From NCBI GenBank assembly GCA_021735645.1, contig JAIPGP010000006.1, positions 3,634 to 67,633 on the forward strand: a stretch of 64,000 nucleotides of DNA. The letters are read 5' to 3'. The stretch is from Candidatus Cloacimonadota bacterium. GTDB taxonomy: Bacteria > Cloacimonadota > Cloacimonadia > Cloacimonadales > TCS61. Within the stretch, counting starts at the first letter, position 1; each line of letters begins with the position of its first letter. Below, in pieces: positions 32,301 to 39,833 of the stretch. The translations under genes and the position numbers were made by a program. A model generated the notes under the pieces. The model saw only the letters and a program-made list of their open reading frames with translations. It was not told where the DNA came from and ran no database searches.

Positions 32301-32645
32301 CTGCACTCCATAATAATCATCATTGTATCCAAGATAAGTAGCATCATCACATTCATCCCAAACTTCCAGCTTGGTGTCAAATGTTGAACCTGCTAAGGAT
32401 ACTTCTACATCATAATAATCCATATCAAGTACAAATTCATACCACACCTCATCATAGGCTTCAAGGGTAGAACCTGTCACAGCAGGATCATTGATGTTCA
32501 AATAAGGCAATGCCTCGTCACATGTGTCTCCAGGTTCCCGACTACTACTCTGGGTCCTGGGAGTTGCCGGGGACTCAACCTTGGCGGATAAAGCAATACT
32601 GCTTAATAACATCAAGGCTAAAACTACTAATAAAAACTTTTTCAT
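26334..32645 (-). CDS. 2103-aa secreted dockerin-bearing multidomain protein (PPC-like domains, 4 carboxypeptidase-regulatory-like domains, FN3-like, beta-propeller, type I-like dockerin, FlgD-Ig/T9SS-like C-terminus)
   Basis: Signal peptide. FDTKLEVW/FDTYLHLYD...YNDD PPC-like motifs. G(N/S)L.GT(V/I)TD repeats. Propeller-like segment AGIEFDGTYFY...RDLAYDGQYFY...RAIAYD. Duplicated Ca-loop dockerin YGDVTGDEIVDAFDAANILQ...GDVDGNGDPEAYDAALVLQY (about 27149-26938). C-terminal NYPNPFNP...IYNVKGQ...SSGVYFY. Confidence 0.92.
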   Translation of the reverse strand: MKKFLLVVLALMLLSSIALSAKVESPATPRTQSSSREPGDTCDEALPYLNINDPAVTGSTLEAYDEVWYEFVLDMDYYDVEVSLAGSTFDTKLEVWDECDDATYLGYNDDYYGVQSALFWDVLPAGTYYARVYGYSTSYGDYVLTITGGGPPEFGNLDGTVTDLDTGAPLEGATVTVGTLSMLTDAAGYYYFADVETGIYNVTAAYAGYFNGAAPGLEILAGQTVTQDFALELFDPIGDTIEDPIIIDAFPYFMSGDISLYTDYSTGAGLVGSRSGEDVYFMFELDGPATMQLHSCGSEFDTYLHLYDSNLARIAYNDDGCSSWGSGSGAASWIADTVIPAGTYYIGHEGYSTYHPNPYFEVHFDLLPPPDMGSLDGTITDFGTGLPIEGTVVTAGGFSQTTDAAGYYYFESLETGFYDVVATAYGYTTYTEFGVEILAGQTTTVDIALEVFETAGTSCADPYIIDSVPFIQTGMTTEGYGDDYNSTMACTSSYMNGDDFVFSYTPTENMSLDITLTNTATWVGLFVIQGFVDDPGAVCIASATGYAGNPFLEEVIMTMGNTYYIVISTYPAPQFTAFDISIEANEPPTFGNLQGTVTALDGGAAIEGAIVSAGGLQEITDAAGYYLFENLESGLYTVTATAEGYLPASELNVEVSENETTTVNFALEVFSDIGNTIDNPIVIDAFPYFMSGDISLYTDDSTALGLVGSHSGEDIWFMFELDTPGTMELHSCGSEFDTYMNLYDSNYTRVAYDDDGCSTWGSGNTMASWIGQDDLSYTVVVPAGTYYICHEGYSTYHPNPYYEVHFDLLPPPDMGSLEGTVTDAFSGDPVSGALVTCGESMGMTDATGYYMIPDILTGAYDAYCTNPRYIGAMAPVTIIVDEVATQDFALDINMLPPLNLTATVNNYDIGLEWTAPNFLPADALHWDNMTNADAIGMASGGTFTVAARFTPAELSVYDGMIMDNVTVYINDLPDVMTLYVWSGDNAANVVLEQGYTPTGMAWNNIELNTPVMIDASQELWIGYYVSFTDVNPYPAGCDAGPAVSEYGDLLSEDGGVTWGSMNLLYGLNYNWNIWGVISGDRNEDLILAQPKTWNPTPIEVDSRVEFSLAGIGESVRDFTGNYKVYKDNVLLATVTETTYNDPGLDAGIYEYYVTTEYDEGESPESNHVIVELGTVDVSVTPTELSETLDYGLTSDHTITLSNDGDANFYWAGSIQEQVRNSPIVAKPIPADLISDDADVTPNHTQKYEVPETRDMWDLLDTFIADPTIVSQAGIEFDGTYFYTAVWASALINKFDIDGNFIETFSIPGVSGLRDLAYDGQYFYGGAASNSIWQMDFETQTLVSTIASPVAVRAIAYDDDNDAFWVNNWSTDITLVGRDGSIMDSFAIGTVWVSLYGLAYDNYSDGGPYLYGFSQGGLGDQCVIVQYNIATGLETGVIHDVLEDVGAVGDIAGGLFTSLDYADGTFVIGSLNQSSYTVAIYELCPANSWLAIDPANGTLAPGASVNITATFNAIELPGLTYFADIVFTDGDASAVVSADLTITGSIPTAEITVDPMEFDVMVPVDGMADYDLSIGNLGDLDLEYEAEIIYYEGRAVAEVMPQSVDYWTGSTDGAAFTANSAVNAIDTQNGWMMFDVSGIPDGAIINSIEANVYVNDTYFPYWSLTPCTLDPLTTAAATLQQHIIAGNPSGIAYSYNNESSTFVPGWYMYPLGTTANADMQAALSNDWFAVGASPRDAGTTYYTLIDGWNEANPPYLVVDYTIPINPWVTFGGDMMVDGVVSVGAGADMHTLNFDATGLVDGDVMMGEIMITSNDLYNTEIIVPITMTVGAAYMYGDVTGDEIVDAFDAANILQFTVGMNPVGAPLPWTWELIAGDVDGNGDPEAYDAALVLQYAVGMITEFPVEARIETPAAEVTMTVENGELVFSTTGDLYGFSVSTETDLISFNEPVVDYLHAVNGNALALANAEAISGEFLRIPFEKLAESGEFVMTVTSNGISAENTYYVEDLESVPVVNAVLGNYPNPFNPSTTIALAVANDNTPVKVSIYNVKGQLVNSLVNETVAGGTYYFEWSGKDNSNRPVSSGVYFYKVKIGELNETHKMIMLK

Positions 32646-33272
32646 AAAGTCTCTCCTTTGAAATTGAAAATTAACTTCTTAAAATTAAGGTCATTACTCG
32701 AAGACAGACAAAAAATTGCCTGCTCCATCTTTACTGCGATAGTGTCGGTTAAATCTTTGCGTTCTCTTTCGTCTTCTTCTATTGCTAAATTATTTCTCAT
32801 TATCAAGTTACTTCCCTGTATCTCCTTCAATTTTTCTTTAACCCCGTCTTCGCTTTCCCATATCTATTCTTTAGTCTCTCACTCTTACCGTTTTTCCATA
32901 TTCAAAAAAAACTGTCAAATATTTATTTCTACTCTCTCTCATTATATCTAAAAACCCCTTTCAATCGCTAATTCAATATCTCTCATTATCACAATACCTT
33001 CCAGTTTTTAGATGCCAAATTCTAATTTGAGAATTACATCGATTAATAACTGAAAATAAATAATTTAACACTTTCTAATGCCCTCCCGCCAGATTTCTGC
33101 TCCTGGCTTATGCTTATGCCCTGCTACTTTTATTTCCGCTGCCTGATTCATTACAGAATGCTCACGTTACTTTACTCAGCATTCCCCTAATTTCTCCATA
33201 GACCTGGTTTAATTGCTCTCTCTCTATAATTGACTTCTCTTTCACTCTGATTCAAGTTATCGATTTTTCTTA

Positions 33273-34337
33273 TTATCTGTCAATAACTTTTCCTTTTATA
33301 GATAACCTTTTACTGCTCTGCGTCGGACAATTGCTTATTACTGTGATATATCTGGTGAAATCTCCTACTGACCGTTCCAGATTGAGCCGCAGCAGTATCC
33401 TGCCCTCTCCTCCCGCTGGTACCCGCTCATCATAACTTAATATTTCTACAAAACTCGATAATTTGATATCGCGGATCAGCAAGTCCCCATTTCCCGGATT
33501 GCTGAAAGAAAATTCACACTCTATCTCCTCACTGTAATGCGCTTCTCCAAAATTGATCAGTGTCTGCCTGAACCTGATCCCGGGTGCATGCGACTTTTGC
33601 TCATCTGTCCAGGAATCAAAATCCTCTGACTGTGAATAAGATATCAGCAAGTTTCCTATGGTCTTATCCGGATTATTGCTGTCCCAGAATTTTACCCGCA
33701 TCCGCTTGAAGCCATACTTCCCGGACTTATCACCCTGAAATGTTGTATAGATAAAACTGCTCTCTCCCACCGCCAGTGGATTGGCTGCAATTTCTAACTT
33801 CAGATTATCATCTAACTCGCTTTTATCAAACTCCAGTTCCATCTCATGACTGCCATTGTTGCGGATCATAATCGAATCCCGGCGTATCTCAGTGTCCAGG
33901 ACTTCTCCAAAATTAAATTCCGCCCGGTTTAACTGCAAATCTCCAATCTTCTTCCGCAACAGCGTAGGATCTGCTATCACCCTTCCACGTATCCGCAGCA
34001 CTGCCTCCCGTGGCTCACCATTCGTCTGCACCCGCACTGTCTTTTGAAAAATCCCACCCCGATTCTTCGGATCAAATTTGATCATTATAAATCCCTGCTC
34101 TCCAGGTAATACCTCTCCAGTTGACCAACTGGGTGTAGTACAACCTCAGGAAGCATGTACATCAATCAGCAGTAACGGCTCATCTCCTGTATTAGTATAG
34201 ATGAAATTGTATTCCACCTCACCATCCTTCTCATATATCATTCCAAAATCATATTCCCGCAGCAACGGTGTAAATCCCGCCACTCCCAGCAATAAATTAA
34301 TACTCAATAATACCACTACTAAAATAATACTTCGCAT
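33273..34337 (-). CDS. Exported DUF1573/Ig-like domain protein, candidate selenoprotein (in-frame UGA at 34148-34146, motif S-U-G-C-T)
   Basis: The ORF-track pieces 34146..34370 and 33273..34085 are in one frame, joined through VHAS-TGA-GCTTPSW, which matches the DUF1573 consensus V..SCGCT.P.W. ATG at 34337 has a GGAGGT RBS and is followed by a signal peptide. A hairpin follows the UGA. Confidence 0.82.
34117..34132 (-). promoter_or_regulatory. Candidate bacterial SECIS element
   Basis: Minus-strand ccagtt-GGTC-aactgg begins 13 nt after the UGA and its apical loop starts with G, as in the bacterial SECIS model. Confidence 0.7.
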
Positions 34338-34349
34338 CAAACCTCCACA

Positions 34350-34385
34350 TTTCACGACTTCACGTCTCACGTCTCACGATTTCAT
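34350..34385. repeat. Short heptamer tandem repeat (tctcacg)n
   Basis: tttcacga-cttcacg-tctcacg-tctcacg-atttcat, lying between the M23 stop and the DUF1573 RBS. Confidence 0.6.
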
Positions 34386-35152
34386 ATCTTCAACATCTTC
34401 ACAAACTCGCCAAATGACGTACCACGATAATGCAAACGGTGACGCGGATCATACGATGTGCCATCCAGATATCTCATCTCCAAATGCAAATGAGATGCCT
34501 TGCCGGAGCGTATCAAATTACCCGTTACTCCCGTTAAACCCAATACCGTGTCCCCATGCACCTCTTCTCCAATTTCCACCTTCACCTCATTCAAATGCAC
34601 ATATGTGGATGTGATACCCTCAGGATATAGCACGGTCACCAGCTTGCCATATTCCACCTGCACACTGTCCGCGGCTCCCGCAGCATTCGTGCAGGCTACC
34701 CACTCAAGATGATTGGGATTATGGCTGACATCTATCACTACTCCATAATCAGATAAGGGATATACCGGCGTGTTCTCTGGCACAAAAAGATCTAAACCCT
34801 CGTGTATCCGCTTAATCCCGTTTCCGCCCCGCCGACTGCCATAATGATCCTCATTACGGTTATGTACATATTCATTGATCAAATCCTGTAAACTGCGGTC
34901 TTCTCCCCGAATGCCATCCCAGAACGGTGACTTGTAACGCGTGAAGCTATCCACAAATTCCGGGGTCAATAACACCTGACGCTCGGTCAATTTCAGGGGA
35001 TGATACACTACCAGAGAATCTCCGGCACCAGACAATATCATGATCCTGCCTAATGCCACTTCCAGATTCTTGATCCGGACCTGATCAAATACTATTATAC
35101 TTATTAATATTATGACAAGTAATAAAGCCAGCAACATACTTCTGCTTCCCAT
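34382..35152 (-). CDS. M23 family metallopeptidase with N-terminal membrane anchor
   Basis: HEGLD (HxxxD), YVHL and HLHLE (HxH) zinc motifs, and a hydrophobic N-terminus. Confidence 0.9.
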   Translation of the reverse strand: MGSRSMLLALLLVIILISIIVFDQVRIKNLEVALGRIMILSGAGDSLVVYHPLKLTERQVLLTPEFVDSFTRYKSPFWDGIRGEDRSLQDLINEYVHNRNEDHYGSRRGGNGIKRIHEGLDLFVPENTPVYPLSDYGVVIDVSHNPNHLEWVACTNAAGAADSVQVEYGKLVTVLYPEGITSTYVHLNEVKVEIGEEVHGDTVLGLTGVTGNLIRSGKASHLHLEMRYLDGTSYDPRHRLHYRGTSFGEFVKMLKI

Positions 35153-35792
35153 CTTGCCTCCTGTTCACAAATTTTATCACCTTCTTTTTTCTGGCAATCC
35201 TTTTCTAATTCCGTCACCTGCACACCAGGTACACTAAGGCAACTTCGTACACTAAGTCTACTGTGCCCCCTTAGTCAACTACATTTTCTTTATTATTCAT
35301 ACGATCTTCTCGGTTAAATCCATTTTGTGCTGTAGTACCTTACCGATAATATTCTGTCACTTTTTGGCAGAAAAGATTTTCAGCCACTGACTTAACTGCC
35401 GAAAATAATGCCAGAATAAATCCGTTCTTTTCTTACATTGTCGGTGCTGTCCGTGACGTCCGTGGTTGATAATCTTTCAATTGGTTTCGGTTTATCCGAG
35501 TTAGTCTTTTTCAAAGAGTGCTAATCCCGATTATCGGAATGAGTGCAGATGGATTTACCCATCACAGTTCGCTGTTCACTAGCTGAGTTTTTGTTTTTGG
35601 CTGCCTGCTGCTTTATCTCCGGTGGATTCAGATGATTTTCTTCCCGACCGCTCCTCTTTTATGCACTGCTGATATTTTCGTTACAAGCCGGATCAGGGTC
35701 ATTTCCACTTCACATACTACTGCCGTATCCTTTTAGCAGCCGTTATTTTCTTTACTTTAGAGGGTCCCACATTGTGATGCTGCATTTAAGTC

Positions 35793-35822
35793 TTGACAGT
35801 TAAACGGCTTAATAAAATTTTT
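35793..35822 (+). promoter_or_regulatory. Probable sigma70-type promoter of the rplM operon
   Basis: TTGACA at about 35793 followed by an AT-rich -10 region (taaaatttt) and a AAGGAG RBS. Confidence 0.5.
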
Positions 35823-35853
35823 GCAGTCTCGAAAGTTTTATTAAGGAGTCGAA

Positions 35854-36288
35854 ATGAAAACACTGATACCAAAAGCGGATCAAATCCAGCAAAATTGGTA
35901 CGTAGTTGATGCGACTGACCAGGTACTGGGGCGTCTTGCCACCCAGGTGGCAACGTTGATTCGTGGCAAGAACAAGCCATATTTTTCCCCGCACCTGGAT
36001 ACTGGGGATTTTGTAATCGTCATCAATGCAGAAAAGGTTCGTCTTACCGGCAACAAAGAATTGCAGAAGACTTACCAGCGTTACAGCGGTTACCCCGATG
36101 GGTTAAAAACCATATCTTACAAGCGGATGTTGGCAGAGAAGCCGGAAGAGATCATCACCCACGCTGTAAAAGGTATGCTGCCCAAAAATATCCTCGGCAG
36201 ACAATTGTTGCAAAAACTCAAAGTCTATGCTGGTGACACACACCCACATCAGGCCCAGAAGCCTGAAAAAATCTCAATTGAATATTAG
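35854..36288 (+). CDS. rplM: 50S ribosomal protein L13
   Basis: [14 protein letters not shown]...[24 protein letters not shown]; KGMLPKN; HPHQAQKP. Confidence 0.99.
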   Translation: MKTLIPKADQIQQNWYVVDATDQVLGRLATQVATLIRGKNKPYFSPHLDTGDFVIVINAEKVRLTGNKELQKTYQRYSGYPDGLKTISYKRMLAEKPEEIITHAVKGMLPKNILGRQLLQKLKVYAGDTHPHQAQKPEKISIEY

Positions 36289-36299
36289 GAGGAATTTTA

Positions 36300-36686
36300 A
36301 TGCAGTATTTTGATGCAGTTGGTCGCAGAAAAAATGCCGTAGCCCGGGTAAGATTGACCCCCGGTACCGGCAAGCGGACCGCGAACGGCAGAACCATGAA
36401 GAACTACCTCTCCCGCGAAACACTGGAAATGGTAGTGGAACAGCCACTTAATATCGTCAATCTATCCGATAAAGTGGATATCAAAGTCAATGTTAACGGC
36501 GGAGGTCTTTCCGGTCAGGCTGGAGCAATTCGACACGGTATTTCCCGTGCGTTGATCAAGTATGATGAAGAACTACGCAGCGCTCTGAAAAAAGGTGGAT
36601 TTCTGACTCGTGACCCTCGTATGGTTGAACGTAAAAAACCCGGACAACCCAAGGCACGTAAAAGATTCCAGTTCTCAAAACGTTAA
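36300..36686 (+). CDS. rpsI: 30S ribosomal protein S9
   Basis: [10 protein letters not shown]; [19 protein letters not shown]; [25 protein letters not shown]. Confidence 0.99.
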   Translation: MQYFDAVGRRKNAVARVRLTPGTGKRTANGRTMKNYLSRETLEMVVEQPLNIVNLSDKVDIKVNVNGGGLSGQAGAIRHGISRALIKYDEELRSALKKGGFLTRDPRMVERKKPGQPKARKRFQFSKR

Positions 36687-36709
36687 AAAAGCTATGTTAG
36701 CAGTTCAAT

Positions 36710-36769
36710 CAGACCTGTACTCGGCAAAGCGGTGTCCTCTATTCAGAGGATTGTATTGCCCGGGGTCTG
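36710..36769 (+). promoter_or_regulatory. Structured rpsB leader (probable S2 autoregulatory element)
   Basis: Outer stem cagacc/ggtctg, inner ggcaa/ttgcc, and a tcctct-attc-agagga hairpin next to GGTG, directly upstream of rpsB. Confidence 0.55.
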
Positions 36770-36798
36770 TGGTTTTATAACCGTATTAAGGAGATAGT

Positions 36799-37563
36799 AT
36801 GTCAGTTGTAACTATGAAGCAACTTCTCGAAAGTGGCGTTCACTTTGGTCATCAAACCTATAAGTGGAACCCCAAGATGGATAAATATATCTTTATCAAA
36901 AGAAATGGTATCCATATTCTTGACCTTAAGCAAACTCTGGACGCTGTGAATGAAGCCTATATGTTCATTCGCGAAGTAGTCACTCAAGGTCAATCAGTAC
37001 TTTTTGTCGGTACCAAAAAGCAGGCTAAAGATGCCGTGCTGAAAGCTGCAAACAAATCTGCTTCTTTCTTTGTGTCCAACAGATGGTATGGCGGTATGTT
37101 AACTAATATGAAGACTATTCGCCGCCGGATTGAAAAACTGGATTATTTTGAACAAATAACTCAGGATGGAACTATCAGTCAATTCACTAAGCTTGAGCAT
37201 AATAAACTCAAAAAAGAATATGTCAAGATCAATAATGCTTTGGGCGGAATCCGTAAGATGGATGTCCTGCCGGGAGCCGTTTTTATCGTCGATATTTACA
37301 AAGAAAGTATCGCCATAAATGAAGCCCGTAAACTTGGTATTCCCGTCGTGGCAATGGTGGACACAAACTGCGATCCCGACCTCGTGGATTATGTGATACC
37401 AGCTAATGACGATGCCATCAGGGCTATTGATCTGATCTGTGATATAATGGCAAGTGCTGTGGTGGAAGGACGTGGCATCCTCACCGAGGGCGCCAGTAAT
37501 CCTGACGCTAATGCCATTCCTCAAGCTGAAGAACCAGAAACAAAGACTGATACAGAAAATTAA
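36799..37563 (+). CDS. rpsB: 30S ribosomal protein S2
   Basis: MKQLLESGVHFGHQT.KWNPKM; VGTKKQA; RWYGGMLTN; DTNCDP; PANDDAIRAI. Confidence 0.99.
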   Translation: MSVVTMKQLLESGVHFGHQTYKWNPKMDKYIFIKRNGIHILDLKQTLDAVNEAYMFIREVVTQGQSVLFVGTKKQAKDAVLKAANKSASFFVSNRWYGGMLTNMKTIRRRIEKLDYFEQITQDGTISQFTKLEHNKLKKEYVKINNALGGIRKMDVLPGAVFIVDIYKESIAINEARKLGIPVVAMVDTNCDPDLVDYVIPANDDAIRAIDLICDIMASAVVEGRGILTEGASNPDANAIPQAEEPETKTDTEN

Positions 37564-37597
37564 AAAACACGAACCTGCGGGTTCTTAGTGAATATAA

Positions 37598-37625
37598 CGG
37601 AACCGGAAAATATTTTCCGGTTCCG
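37598..37625. repeat. Perfect 28-bp palindrome between rpsB and tsf
   Basis: cggaaccggaaaatattttccggttccg is its own reverse complement. Confidence 0.85.
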
Positions 37626-37670
37626 AATTACGAAAGTAATTAAACAGATTAATTCTGAAGGGAGTTTAAT

Positions 37671-38264
37671 ATGGAGATTTCTGCAAAAGAAGTAATGGAA
37701 CTTAGAAAAACTACCGGGGCTGGTATGATGGATTGCAAGAAAGCCCTGCTGGAGACAAATGGCGATAAAACAGCCGCTATAAAATATCTGCGCGAAAAAG
37801 GTATCAGTAAGGCAGCAAAAAAAGCCGAAAGAGCTACACGCGAAGGTCTTATATATTCTTATATTCATGCCAATGGCAAACTTGGCGTGCTGCTGGAAAT
37901 GAATTGCGAAACTGATTTCGTGGCACGTAATGAGATTTTTGTCGAGCTTTGCAAAAATCTGGCTATGCACATCGCTGCCACTGACCCGATCGCTATCGAC
38001 GAAAGCGGTTTAGACCAGGCTAAAATTGATGCTGAAGCGGAAATTTATCGCAATAAAGCACTCAATGACGGCAAACCGGAACAAATCATAGACCGTATTG
38101 TCAGCGGTCAGGTCGAAAAATATAAAAAATCTATCTGCCTGCTGAGTCAGGAATTCGTCAAAGACCCGGATAAAACTGTTCACGACGTTATCACTGAAGC
38201 TATCGTTACTCTCGGAGAAAATATCCAGGTCGGCAGATTTATCAGATATTCTCTTGGTGCCTGA
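37671..38264 (+). CDS. tsf: Translation elongation factor Ts (short form)
   Basis: ELRKTTGAGMMDCKKAL; EMNCETDFVA; LAMHIAA. Confidence 0.98.
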   Translation: MEISAKEVMELRKTTGAGMMDCKKALLETNGDKTAAIKYLREKGISKAAKKAERATREGLIYSYIHANGKLGVLLEMNCETDFVARNEIFVELCKNLAMHIAATDPIAIDESGLDQAKIDAEAEIYRNKALNDGKPEQIIDRIVSGQVEKYKKSICLLSQEFVKDPDKTVHDVITEAIVTLGENIQVGRFIRYSLGA

Positions 38265-38266
38265 TC

Positions 38267-38983
38267 ATGTCAATCTTCAAACCTGGTAGCGTTATTCTTA
38301 AACTCTCCGGCGAAGTTCTTGCCGGCAAGCGTGGTTTCGGCTTCGATTATGATGTAGTTGACCAGCTCGCAGAAGGAATCATCGCTGTGCGAAACCAGGG
38401 CTTCCGGATTGGTATTGTCATCGGCGGCGGAAATATCTTCCGCGGTTCCTCCAGCATTGGTAAAACTATTAGTCGCTTTACGGCTGATAATATGGGAATG
38501 CTCGCCACTATTCAGAATACACTTCTGATGGCTGATATTCTCAATAACAAAAACTACCGTGCGGAAATTTTCTCGGCTGTGCAATGCGATAAAATCGTCA
38601 GATTCTTTACTGCTGAAACTGCTATGCATTCTTTCCTGAAAGGTAATATCTGCTTCTTTTGTGCCGGAACGTCAAACCCCTTCTTCACTACTGATACCGC
38701 TGCTGTTCTGCGCGCCATTGAAATGGATGCTGACCTTGTCCTTAAAGGTACAAAAGTAGATGGCGTTTATACTTCCGATCCCAAAAAAAATAAAAATGCC
38801 GTCCTGTTAAAAGATGTTACCTATGACCAGGCTCTGGCAGAAAAATTGCAGATCATGGATATGACTGCCTTTTCGCTCGCCAGAGATAATATGATGCCTA
38901 TCAAGATATTTAATATCTCAGACCCGGCTATGATTCTGAAAGCTATCCTCGAACCCAGTGTCGGCACCCTCGTGCATGCCTGA
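38267..38983 (+). CDS. pyrH: UMP kinase
   Basis: LKLSGEVLAG; VIGGGNIFRG; ADNMGMLAT; NPFFTTDTAAVLRA; KGTKVDGVY. Confidence 0.98.
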   Translation: MSIFKPGSVILKLSGEVLAGKRGFGFDYDVVDQLAEGIIAVRNQGFRIGIVIGGGNIFRGSSSIGKTISRFTADNMGMLATIQNTLLMADILNNKNYRAEIFSAVQCDKIVRFFTAETAMHSFLKGNICFFCAGTSNPFFTTDTAAVLRAIEMDADLVLKGTKVDGVYTSDPKKNKNAVLLKDVTYDQALAEKLQIMDMTAFSLARDNMMPIKIFNISDPAMILKAILEPSVGTLVHA

Positions 38984-39019
38984 GTTTAGCAGGGGTATTC
39001 ACCCCAAAGGAGTTATATT

Positions 39020-39577
39020 ATGATGGATGAAATTATTCTCGATTTTGAGATGAAACTGGAAGCCTCCTATGATGCCATGCTCAGAAAATTCGCTACTACC
39101 AGAACCGGAAGAGCTAATACTTCCGCACTCGATAATATTTCTATCGATTATTATGGGCAGCAGTCACCTGTGAAACAGCTTTGTAATATCACCATCCCGG
39201 AACCCAGACTTATCGTGATCCAGCCCTGGGACAAAACTTCTTTGCCCCTCATCGAAAAGGCTATCCTCGCCTCTAATATCGGCGTTACCCCCGAAAATGA
39301 CGGCAATGTGATCAGACTGCCTTTCCAGCCACTCACCGAAGAAACACGCAAAGACATCGTTAAACAAATCCGAAAAATGGCGGAAGAAGGTAAAGTGGCT
39401 ATCAGAAATATCAGACGTGACGCTAATGATGAACTGAAAAGCCTCGAAAAAACCAGCGATATCACCGAAGATGACCTTAAAATGGGTCTGAAAAATATCC
39501 AGGATATCACTGATAAATGGACTAATAAAATCTCCGAGGTTGCTAAAACCAAGGAAAGCGAAATTATGGAAGTCTGA
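39020..39577 (+). CDS. frr: Ribosome recycling factor
   Basis: TRTGRAN; YYG; IQPWDK; LTEETRK; KVAIRNIRRDAN. Confidence 0.98.
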   Translation: MMDEIILDFEMKLEASYDAMLRKFATTRTGRANTSALDNISIDYYGQQSPVKQLCNITIPEPRLIVIQPWDKTSLPLIEKAILASNIGVTPENDGNVIRLPFQPLTEETRKDIVKQIRKMAEEGKVAIRNIRRDANDELKSLEKTSDITEDDLKMGLKNIQDITDKWTNKISEVAKTKESEIMEV

Positions 39578-39584
39578 GCATAAT

Positions 39585-39779
39585 ATGAATAATAAGAATG
39601 TGAAAAAAGTAATTTATTTTATTACCAGCGAGTGTATTCAATGCGGCATCTGCGTTGATGTATGCCCTATTGATGATGCTATTGAAGAAGGTGAAAACCA
39701 GTATATAATCACTAACGCCTGCATTAATTGCGGAAAATGTAAAGCCGCCTGCCCTATTGAAGCTATCGAAGGCAAATAA
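39585..39779 (+). CDS. 2[4Fe-4S] ferredoxin
   Basis: CIQCGICVDVCP and CINCGKCKAACP motifs. Start reassigned to ATG 39585, after the frr stop. Confidence 0.93.
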   Translation: MNNKNVKKVIYFITSECIQCGICVDVCPIDDAIEEGENQYIITNACINCGKCKAACPIEAIEGK

Positions 39780-39805
39780 TCTGGATTGCTTTCTGATTGA
39801 TATCT

Positions 39806-39833
39806 AAACCTCCCGCTACGGGAGGTTTTTTTT
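39806..39833 (+). terminator. Rho-independent terminator, probably bidirectional
   Basis: aaacctcccg-cta-cgggaggttt followed by a T-tract, between convergent genes. Confidence 0.9.

Noticed and set aside
1-32645. A true cellulosome
   Set aside because: No glycoside hydrolase, CBM3 or SLH domain is recognisable in any cohesin- or dockerin-bearing protein here.
32642-32830. 62-aa ORF overlapping the start of the dockerin gene, or a riboswitch in this leader
   Set aside because: It has a TTG start and no recognisable features, and no riboswitch consensus was recognised. More likely a 5' UTR downstream of the TTGACA at about 32918.
261-32951. Many 60-140 aa ORFs in the track, mostly on the plus strand
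   Set aside because: They are antisense or out-of-frame shadows of the three giant minus-strand genes, with Ser/Thr/Ile-rich mirror composition and no RBS or motifs.
34146-34148. Nonsense mutation (pseudogene) or genome-wide UGA recoding
   Set aside because: The UGA sits exactly at a conserved Cys with a SECIS-like hairpin. Other genes (tsf, pyrH, frr) use TGA as a normal stop.
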